Origin: Lenisia limosa
Lineage: Eukaryota; Protista; Breviatea
Length of the DNA stretch: 64,000 nucleotides
Assembly (NCBI GenBank): GCA_001655205.1
Contig: LPNZ01008925.1
Span: 1 to 64,000 of the forward strand
Reading direction: 5' to 3'
Position 1 is the stretch's first letter. The number at the start of each line of letters is the position of its first letter. Of the stretch, positions 1 through 17,165 are shown piece after piece. The translations under genes and the position numbers were made by a program. The notes below the pieces were generated by a model that saw only the letters and a program-made list of their open reading frames with translations, made no database searches and was not told the DNA's origin.

Positions 1-18
1 CCCCCCCCCCCCCTCTAG

Positions 19-249
19 CAACGTTGGCGTCCACTGCACCATGCCGCCGCCAGAGGCCATAAGAATGTTGTAGATATGCTTCTCGAAAAGGGGTGCACTG
101 TTCATCTCAAGACTCAGGTGGGAGACTCTTGAACTCATTGAACTGGTTCCTGTCTTGGCCACTTGACTGTTCAGGCTGACAAGACGGCTCTGGAGTATGC
201 TGCAGAATTCCCTGAAATTGCTGCTGCAATCACTGCCAAGACAAATTGA
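19..249 (+). CDS. Ankyrin-repeat protein, last two exons (5' end outside window)
   Basis: Spliced translation QRWRPLHHAAARGHKNVVDMLLEKGCTVHLKTQ / ADKTALEYAAEFPEIAAAITAKTN*, an ankyrin PLH.AA..GH..VV..LL..G pattern; stop TGA at 247-249. Confidence 0.8.
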
Positions 250-265
250 GGCTTTTTTATTTTAT

Positions 266-3298
<3,033 letters not shown>

Positions 3299-3382
3299 CG
3301 CTTTTGTCCCTATAATGTAAAGTTTGAGAATTACAATTTGAAACATAGAAAATGAAGAGAGTAGCAACACATAGTAAATTGT

Positions 3383-4216
3383 CTACCTTTTCTTTTTCTT
3401 TGAGGATGTAGCAGTGCCGCCCTCACTAAACCATTAAAAGATACAGATTAAAGATTTGAATGGAGCAAAAACCAACTCAGTTCTGGAGCGCTTTGCAGGC
3501 TTGTCTTTGTTGTACATGTTACTCACCATTGATGAAGAAGAGTTGGGCTAAACAGTTACTACAGAAACGACCATACTGTTGGCTGTGGACTCGGGTTTCT
3601 TTGGATTGGTCCTATCTCCTGGTTGGCTTCTGCAAGCGCTTCCTCTTGAGCTCTTAGCTCTGGCTTGACAACCAAAAACGCTGAATAGTAACACAACGAC
3701 TACCCTATTCAAACCCTGGAGAACAGCAGACTTCAATGCCTCCACTTTAACTCTTCCATAATCAGCCTTGTAGATATCCTCTAATATGTGAGTGAAAAGC
3801 AAGGCAAAGCAATTCCACGAACTCAATTTAACTGCAACATCGGTGGGGTTAATCAAGGGGACGAATGATGCAATTTCTTTGATGTGGGTGTTGAGCTTTG
3901 GGAAAGCAAAATGGTAGGAAGGACGGGGTGGCATGCTCCTCAAAGGACGAAACTTCTTCCACAAATTTCTGACTTTACAACTTTACTTCTCTGTTAATAA
4001 TGTACTTACTAAACTCAAACTAAACTTCCAAAAAAGACCGAGAGACTCAAAAAAACATCCACAAACGAGTCACGGCCCGGGGAAACCTGGTGGCCCAGAG
4101 AACTCCTTTGAGACCACTGAAAAAACGAAAAAACATAGAAACAAACTAGAAAACAAATAAAAAAACAGCACTGAAAGAATCGTGCCAGAATCCAGTCTTG
4201 TTGCTGCTGGAGACAT
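3383..4216 (-). CDS. Hypothetical protein with C-terminal basic NLS-like tail
   Basis: Long exon 3548-3964 (KLNTHIKEIASFVPLINPTDVAVKLSSWNCFALL...VKVEALKSAVLQ), then exons ELRAQEEALAEANQE.. and ..GTATSSKKKKR*. First exons and start codon are uncertain. Confidence 0.5.
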
Positions 4217-4234
4217 TTTTGACACAGAAGCACA

Positions 4235-7200
4235 ATGACGCCCTCTCTCTTCTTTTTTCCCTTTATTTTGTTCTTTTTATGTTTTCCCTTTCAATTATGG
4301 GCCTCCCAGGTGATCAGTGCTGGAACCTTCACCAAATGCCTCAAAACCTCAGGTTTGCGAAGTAAGTGGTGACTTTTTTTAAGAAACGGAGCCGTCTGAC
4401 TGCGTCAACAAGATTGTAACAACGGTTTGTTTTATTTATTAGTGCATGGGGCGTTTTGAGGCTGGGCTGACGGTTCAGTTGAGTATTCCTTTTGGAGCGC
4501 CCTCATCTACCGAGTCCTTGAGTTATAGTGTAAACAAGTAATCAAACATTGCCAAAACCTTACCTTTAAGAATTACTGATTCTGATGGGTCCGATTTAGA
4601 CCTTTTGGACGAGATTACCATAAATATTTCGGTGTCAGAACGTAAGCAGAAGGGGTGTTGCGTTTTGTTTCCTTGCTGTTAAGAACGTTAACTCCTCTGT
4701 AGTGTATTCGGACTACTACATTGACGCACTTTTTGTGAGGGGCTAACTCCGTTGCTTGTCTTTTTCTTTAGTGACTAACGATGCAGTCCACGGACTATTT
4801 GTACACGGAGGACGCTACTCAGCACACTGCATTTTGGAACTGTCCTGGAAATGTAAGGCAACACCTTGTTTGGTAGTAATGGAACTTATAGTCGATCTGC
4901 TGTTCCTGTGATGTGATGTCCAGTTCATTCATACGAAAAGGGTCATGTTCAACAATTTTGTAAGTTCTTCTGTGGTTGATTTACTTAAGGGATCTTCTCA
5001 TGATTACTGCGGCGTCATTCCAGCCAATCGGAACGGGGTTGATGTTGGTGTTTTCTGAGAGTACGTATGTCACTTTGCAGGTACAATGTTTTCAAAATAT
5101 ACAAACACGTAGACAACTACAATGTCGAAATAACGGTAGGAATCCTCGAAGCTATTCATTAGGTTATTTTACTCCTAACTTTTCAGGCGAATGTGAAGTT
5201 TGTGAATGGAACCGAAGAAACACAAACGGTAGGCTATTATCAATGATAATCTATTGATAGGTCTGTTTTTTCTGGGGGAGGGGATTTTTTTTAAAAAAAT
5301 AACAGTTTTAAAACATGAAAGTGATGAGGACTCTGCCAAATTATTCTCAATTATTTTATTTTGTACAAATAAATATATAATTGGAACATTTAGCTACCAA
5401 TTATTCGCTGCAATATTAGTTGGACAGGTATATTGCCATCAATAATAGTGATTAGGTTGTTCTTTCAGCTTCCAAACCGAAAGGGTCCACTTCGTTTTTC
5501 TCTGCTTCCACTCTTGGTGCGTTTTGCTTTTAATAAGCTAATATTCAGATATAACAATGGCCACAACTATCATCCAACCACCTCTTCTTTATAAGTACAT
5601 TGCTATTCCTCAAGAATTCGTAGTACCAGATGAACACAAGGTAAAAGCATGATTCAGCTTCTGACATTCAGAATACCATTCCTGACCTTCCGCTGATTGA
5701 TAGGATCATGATTTTTGACAATGAGGTTACTGAGGAAGGCGAATGCTCGAAGATCGGTTTGAGTACAAGGTAATTAACATTTCAGGAGTTAGTTTGGATA
5801 GCTATTTAAACCAAAATGCAGCTTGTGAATCTATTCGAGGTAATTGTATTGATAGGAATATTGCAGACTATGTGGAGGTATGTGTGCGTGATGGTTTTAC
5901 TTTGAAAGGAACATTTTGACATGCTGAAAGTTGGCTCCAAGAGTGATAAAGCCCTTTCATACTATGCAGATATAGGTTTGTTCTACCCGGGGATGTCGTT
6001 GTGTAATATTTAAGCCTACTTCAAAGCAACTAACAATAAGCCACACCTTTACATCAAAAACCCAAATGGTAAGCTCCTCTTGCTTTACTCACGGCACAGA
6101 AAACCAGTCTCTCATGATACCAATTGAAGTTGCAGCAGACAAGTTTACTTTTGAGCTTAACAAGTGGGTATTTTGACCTTGAGGTATTCTTTACTATCAG
6201 AGGAGAAGGTCGTATCCTTAATGTAGATGTGACGTCTTTCGAGTCTGCGAGCCGAGATGGGGTGGCTATTATCCGGGTGGGGGTGACGCATCAAGAAATG
6301 CATTAGAAACATGTCTTTATTTGGGATATAATACTAACCGATTTAGTATGAGAACATTAATGATGTCGACGCGGAGTTCACTGTTGGCATTAGGAACTGT
6401 GATTCAGGTGAGTCAGATGAGAGTTCACCCAAAAGGAGTCAACACGGTGGCGTCTCAAACCCTTTTCCTCAAAGCTGCTGGGGACACAGGAAGTACAGCC
6501 GATGTTTCATTCCTTCTTGCTGTCTCGTTTACCGAGGCTGATGAATATGAGTGTGAAGGTGAGGACCATCAAGCTCCTTGTCATTTTGTAGCCTATATTC
6601 TTGATTCGACTTATGAAAAGAATGATGCTGCTATATTCACATTTGACACTCTTGATGCCAACTTCACAGATGCGGTTAGCTGCCTCTCATTTTCTGGCTA
6701 TTCTTATTTGTTATTCGTTTTCTCTCCGCAATTCCAACTCTCTGACCCGGGTAGATAGCAGAAGCCGGCGTGAGTACTGGAGATGACTCGACTTTGGACC
6801 TTGCAGGTGGGACCTGCCTGGGTTCTTTCTAACGATTTAGTGGATTCTATTTTCTCCTCAGGAAGTTGTTCAGAGAAATGCTCAGGATTCATCACAAATA
6901 TTCCCTGCTTAGTGACAAACTTTTGCATTGGTGAACTCATCAATGCAGTTATTGTTCTGTTTTTCATTGGTATGCAAACTTCAACTTCCTCACCACGCAG
7001 TTATTGGTATCAAAATTTTGGTTATTGTTCTCAAGAAGTGCTGTAAGTCTGATGCTAACAAATTTGAAAAGAAAATGCTTCGTCTTGAAAAGCAAAAAGC
7101 CAAGTAGGTTGCCCCTTTGTTCTGATTGAAAGACGAGAAGTGATGCGAATGAAGCGAGAGAAGAACCAGGAACTTCGGAAAGGCAATTCAGTTGATTCGA

Positions 7201-8210
7201 TGACTCAGGCTGAAATCGAAGCTTTTATGTTCAAAATGAACCAAATGCGAAATGATCAGTTACCACCAAGTTACAAACAAATAGATCCCCAAGCGTTCAG
7301 CCCAATGAGGTCTTCGCCGCATCTGGAAGTCACCCCAAGTCATCAAGCTGTATGAAGAACTATAGTGTCACCATCCAGATTATGGCACAAATGAGGACTC
7401 CGCAAGTGTCACTTCCTCCAAACTATTCTCAAGTCACTCCTCAACAAACCCCACAACAAACACCACAACAAACACCAAGGATAGTACCCCAACAACTTGC
7501 TTCAAAGATAAAACCAACACCTTTCAGGAGTATTGCTGCGTCTCCTCCCGGTTTGTTGCAGTTTCTTACTGATTGTTGTAGTTGTTGATCCTCACCCACG
7601 TGATGCTGCCGAATCTCATGTTTGGTTTGTGGGCTACCTTACCCAGACCTTACCACATTTATTCTTTTTTCTGTTTGCTTTCGTCAGTTTGTACAACTAT
7701 TTAGGTCATATGGACGAGCTATTGAGAGGAAAATCCCTGTGTTCCTTCACATTGATGAAGATGGTTCAGATATGCTTCCGGTTTGTTGTTGCAATGGTTC
7801 CTTATTGTATAGGCGGCTACTGGTCCCAGATTCAGCATTGTTGGTCTTTTGCAGTATGGTGACGTTGACGAAAGTGGTACGTTTGGAGAATATAGTTTTA
7901 TTGTTTAGTGTACCCCCCAGATATCACGTTCAACTTCATCATCCCTAAGAGGTATCGATTCCAAGTAAGACTTTGGAGGCCTTTGCCTTGGGAATGTGCT
8001 ACTATGCTCACTCCTTAGAATAGAGTTGCTGTTGGCCACCAGGTTGTAGTACTTGAGGACCCCTTGCCACTTCCCAAACATATCACTGTATCCAATCTGG
8101 GAATGAGCGAGCTAGGTTTACTGACACGTGAGACCTCTAGGATTTTTGTTTTTGATAATCTTTCAGTCCGAAAACCGAAACATGGCTATCCCACCCTCAA
8201 CTTAAGCTAG
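4235..8210 (+). CDS. HAP2: HAP2/GCS1 class II gamete fusogen (divergent), about 25 exons
   Basis: Signal peptide MTPSLFFFPFILFFLCFPFQLWA, then SQVISAGTFTKCLKTS..DCVNKIVTTL. Further matches: ICCSC..R..C; GECSKIGL; CESIRGNCIDRNIADY; domain III GEGRILNVDVTSFESASRDGVAIIRV; stem CSEKCSGFITNIPCLVTNFC; TM segment; KKCCK/basic juxtamembrane tail. All appear in the canonical HAP2 order. Confidence 0.88.
7438..7476 (+). repeat. 12-nt coding tandem repeat (TPQQ x3) in the HAP2 tail
   Basis: cctcaacaaacc ccacaacaaaca ccacaacaaaca cca. Confidence 0.8.
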
Positions 8211-8580
8211 TTAATTATATATTTAAGGTTGTGTAATTAGGATTTTATTTTTTTTTGTCTTGTATAATAGTTGTAACATACCATCAACAATGTACTTTTA
8301 AGATTGATATGAGGTGGTTTCCTGACGTTTTTAACAGTATGGTGATAGAGTTATTACTTCACCCACATTCTGGTAAATAATGACGTTCATTTGACTTTGA
8401 ATAGTTTTCAACCCTCGGGGATACTGCTCGTTTCGGTTATTATCCGGATTGGAGAACTGGGCTGGGTCTATTGGGTAAATGGGGGAAACGAATCAAACTG
8501 TTTGTGTTTCATTTGCAGCTTTGTGCTCAGCAATCTAGATACATAAGACTTGCACCAAGACAAACAAAGTTCTCCATCGC

Positions 8581-8664
8581 GGTCAAACGGTCTGATCTGG
8601 CCAAGTAGACAAGGTGAAGCTGGAAGTCATTGAGGTACTCCTTCAGTATGGCCTCGCAAGATGA
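8581..8664 (+). pseudogene. Degenerate ankyrin-repeat fragment
   Basis: With one deletion and one insertion it reads GQT.LIWPSRQG-KLEVIEVLLQYG, resembling the intact repeat GQTALFWASTRGHLDVVRLLVDSG at about 11620. Confidence 0.4.
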
Positions 8665-9210
8665 GCGTTTCTTGAAAGGGTGACATTTGAAAAACTCATT
8701 TTCATTTTTTAAAAATATTCAATAGCATTAGAACAAGCCCCCTCCCACCATTCCCCCCCAGCTCAAAAAGTCGGATTAAAAGCTGGAGTCTGCTTAATTT
8801 TTCTTAACAAGTTTATACAATTATTGTTCTGGGGCGGACAAATGTATAATTTTGAGTTTAATCGTTTCCGTGAGATTATTAGCTGAATTCCTTTATAGGG
8901 CGCAGTAATGTCTCTGTTCTACACCACTTTGTGAAATTATCATCTAAGTTAATAGAATTTAGCACTTTCTATGGGTGATTTTAGACTTGAAAACTATACG
9001 ATTTGAACAATATTTCAGAAAAAGCAAATACCTAGAAAACGACAAAATAATAATATTTTCCAATTCCCTTGGAGTTCAGAAAAGTGTATATTTCTTGCAA
9101 TGTTTCAAAGCGGGCGAAATTCCAAAAAACATTGTTTTCGCAATTTAAGCAGACTCCCGCTTTAAACACCTTTTTGATCCTATTTACATCTGATCCAATA
9201 TCTTATACTA

Positions 9211-10520
9211 CTATTTATACAATTGAAAACGCCCTCGGGCCCTTGGATCACCATAATCATTCAAGCCACTACCATTTATTCTAAGTCCCGCCCACCCTTG
9301 ATTGTATTCGCCTCCTCCATCGTTCCCCCACCTTAAAGATAAATGAAAATAGAAATGGCCAACTTTTCGAATCAAGTAAGTTAATAGCCTTTTTTTAAAG
9401 ATTTCAGAAGCATCAATTTTATCAATCACTTTTCTCAAAATATATTCTTTGCGATATGTAGCCTCTTGGAAGTTATAAAAGAACTTGCAAACCCATCTCG
9501 ACTTCAGATAACACACTCAGCGCATAGTTCAGGTAGTGCTTTTTATCCAAACTAAATGTCAACAAGAAAAAACCAGCTCACTCAGTCAACATATCTCCCA
9601 GTGGTGGTAAGGGTAAGAAGACATTGTCAGGAGCGATTGGGTGGAAAGTTGGATCCATAAGTGGTTCCGGTAAAGGAAGATTCAAGTCGGGTTTTGAAAT
9701 GGGAACAGAAAGCGGGGGAGGTAGAGGAAGCGGGGGCACCTCTAGTCATGATGAATAACGAATACTCATATATACACATTAAAGAGAGCAGCCAACCATA
9801 TTGGATAGGGGAATACACTTTGGACGGATCTAGCTGGTGTCTTGGGATGGGGGGGAGGTCTTCCCCTTTCCTCTTCAACACCCTCTCAACAAGCTTTTTA
9901 AATTAAAAGGTATCATTAAGTACAAACTGGAGCTTTTGGTTGTGTATCAGGGGATTCCACATTCGACAAGTCGTGAAGTGGTTCAATTTCACTGTCCGGC
10001 ACTGGGATTAAATTGACACTTTCACCTACACGTTCAACCAAAAAGCCAACCAACCTGTCTGCTCCTGATGAGGGAAGAGACGGAGAGGGAAAGGATCCAT
10101 CCTACTGGCAACTGATTTGATGCAGTGGTCCTGGGTAGAACCTATGTGGTGCTGTAAGGTGACAATAAGAATTGAACAAACAAAAGTATTACAAATGAGA
10201 AAGTATGGAATAAACGCGTTCTTGACTCAAATGCTCTGTAAAGAGTGTACTGCTGTAACCTTCTCAACAATCCCGCCAAACAACCAACAAGTTTACCCTT
10301 GAACCAACCTGAAAGCCAAGGAAAACCTTATTATTATATAACTAATGGGCGGCCAGTCTCATGGAGAACAAAGAAAATATATATGCTTGGGGGAATGAGG
10401 AGGGAGGGAAGGAGGAACCGGAGGCAAACCACACAACAACCTGAGAAGCTTGTTGGTAGAGCAACTTTGCACACTATGAGCAACAAGGGTGTTTGCTTCC
10501 TTCTCTGCCTTAAATCTACG
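9211..10520 (-). CDS. Hypothetical multi-exon protein
   Basis: Several minus-strand open segments with splice-like borders (e.g. NLIPVPDSEIEPLHDLSNVESPDTQP; LKRKGEDLPPIPRHQLDPSKVYSP; FQEATYRKEYILRKVIDKIDASEIFKKR). No family recognised. Confidence 0.35.
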
Positions 10521-11001
10521 TGCTGACTGGAGTTAAAACAATATTGGTTTTTTTTGGGGGAAAAACAAAGAAGCTGCCAGAATATATTCGGCACAAGAGA
10601 ACACTGTAAAGGCGCACCCCCACAATTTTAAAGGCGCACCTCCCATCCCATTCCCACCTCCTCCCCCACTGACATGCTGACATATCATATCTATACATTT
10701 CATCCAGCGGACATCCCCTCTAGCCAGCCGTCCTCCTCTTCAAACACACATCAACATACATACGAACGGCACATTAACACGGTTTTCGAAAAACAATATA
10801 TAAATTGAAATCGTATTTCAAATTCTTCTTAGTAAACTCAAGACTTTTGGTGTAGTTGTGTCATTTGCTGTTTTTATTGTTTTGCTTTCCTAGAAGGTGT
10901 CACTTCGATTCCTGGATTTGCTCATTTAAAAATTTTAAAATCTACAAGTAATCAAAAGTAATCATAATTATGGGGTTGGTTTGATGAAAATGAAAATGAA
11001 A

Positions 11002-12495
11002 ATGTCAGCAGTAACAACAAAAAGAACAGTTGACGACTTGGTTGATGACAATGACGAAAGGGAATCAGTCAGTAAACTTGTTTATTTTAACCCTGTACCA
11101 GGCCTTGCATTTAGCATGCGAGAGTGGCGACCTACAATGTGTCCAAGAAGCAGTTAACAATGGTACCAATTGTGAGGCTGTTAGATCTTTGGTTGGTTCA
11201 CTTTGATAATAAAAAACAAGAGAAGGACTCCCCTTCATATTGCCACACTTTTTGGGCACGTGGAAATAGTTAGCTATCTAGTCACTCAAGGGTGCACACA
11301 AAAGCTTGATGATATGGTAGCGGCAGGGAGTGTTGGTTTATTTTTTAGAGTATGACACCGATGAATTATGCGTGTGAAAAGGGATTCAATTCAATTGGTT
11401 TGTTACATCATGTCTGTTTTACGAAGTAGTCAAGATACTGCATGAAAGCGAGTCTGGTATTTCCTATGGATGGGTGGGACCATAGTGTTCTTATGTTTTA
11501 GGAACCTCTTGTTTCAGCTTGTGAATATGGTCAACTTGAAACTGCTAAACTGTTACTCAGTTTGGGCTATGAAGTTGACTATGAACCGGATGTGAGTAAT
11601 TTCACCCTCATAGTATAGACAGGGCAAACGGCGTTGTTTTGGGCGAGTACTCGCGGCCACCTTGATGTTGTTCGCCTTCTTGTTGACTCTGGGGCCGACG
11701 TGAATACTGTTGACATCAATGTTTGTGAGTGTGTACTTTGGAGGAATGCAGGGGTTCGCTCTGATTCGTCAGGGACAGACTCCCCTCTTTTTTGCAAGTC
11801 AGAATGGTGAAGTGGAGGTTATGAAGTACCTTGTTGACAAAGGAGCTTCATTTGAGTGTGTTGATCATTTGGTATGCGGAATCTTCATGATAAGTTGGTG
11901 GTGAAATGGAACTGAATTTATTTGAGCGTGTGGGGTACAGTTAATCTGGTGAGGGTGGGGAAATCCTATAATCCAGGACCATTATTATGAATATGATATT
12001 TAGTACTTATCCCGAATTCTGAAAACTCAGGAACAATCACCCCTGACGGTATCGTGTGAGTACGGTCACATGCCGGCTGTGCAATATCTAATTGGTCTGG
12101 GTGTGGACTACAGAAAGACTGATGATGAAGTTGGTGCAAATGGCTTTGTGTAAACTCTTAGGGTCGAACAGCCCTCCATGCGGCAAGCGAGGGAGGAAGT
12201 CTGGATGTTGTCAAGCTGCTTATTGAGCTTGGAGTGGATTTGGACTGCCAAGACGAGGAGGTTGTTTGAGGGAGATTGTCATCACGATTTAGGGGACAAC
12301 AGCTTTTGGTTGTGCCTGGTCAAGTGGCCATCAGGATGTTGTGATCTATTTTCTGAGTATCGGTGCTGATATTGGGAGCGGTTTGGAGAATGTGGGCTCA
12401 TCAACATTTCTTGTGTCATCCTTTTTACACTTACCATTACCATTGTTCAGGATTCTGCGCTTCTATGTGCCATTTTGTTTGACACATTGATCTAG
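11002..12495 (+). CDS. Ankyrin-repeat protein (about 8 repeats, roughly one per exon)
   Basis: Exons ALHLACESGDLQCV; RRTPLHIATLFGHVEIVSYLV; GQTALFWASTRGHLDVVRLLVDSGADVN; GQTPLFFASQNGEVEVMKYLVDKGA; GRTALHAASEGGSLDVVKLLIELG. Stop TAG at 12493-12495. Confidence 0.88.
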
Positions 12496-12777
12496 TAATA
12501 CACTGCCTTGTCCAACAATTGGCTAAAAATTTTCATACATAATAAATCTAAACTCCATAGTCCCACACGATTTCCTGCAATTACGGTGTGAAAACTCGGG
12601 AAAACGAAAGAATGTAAAATAATTAAACCCACTACCCCAACCTGACATCTCAGGGTTGACTGACTGAATGGATTGAAGCTCTTTGGGCTTGTTGGATATA
12701 ATATGCTATCTTCCTTCACTGTTTTGACACTACCTCATTATAACCATGACAAGAAATTGAATAGTTAACACAGTAGT

Positions 12778-16925
<4,148 letters not shown>

Positions 16926-17165
16926 TCTTACTTGCACCGGTTTTATATAACACTGCAATAGACCACAAAGAAGATACAGATAAAAAGACATAATATTACA
17001 AAAACCCAATTCAAATATCCCTACCGGCGCCGGGCCTTCCTTGGTTTTGGTGGACAAAAAATCAAACTATGAAAATTCTAGAGTTATTTCAGTGTATATT
17101 TTATGTAAAGTCACATAACGTTTTCCCTTGAGTGATTGAGAAAGGAACTGATGATTCAGTAAAGA

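Noticed and set aside
5240-5450. Possible second MITE family in the long HAP2 intron (weak inverted ends; a 14-mer shared with about 24192)
   Set aside because: Only about 13/18 identity in AT-rich sequence and inconsistent motif order; it cannot be distinguished from chance without a genome-wide search.
8560-8680. WD40/RACK1-like start (MSPFQETLILRGHTEGV) on the minus strand
   Set aside because: A stop follows immediately and there are no further WD repeats; the plus-strand ankyrin relic explains the segment better.
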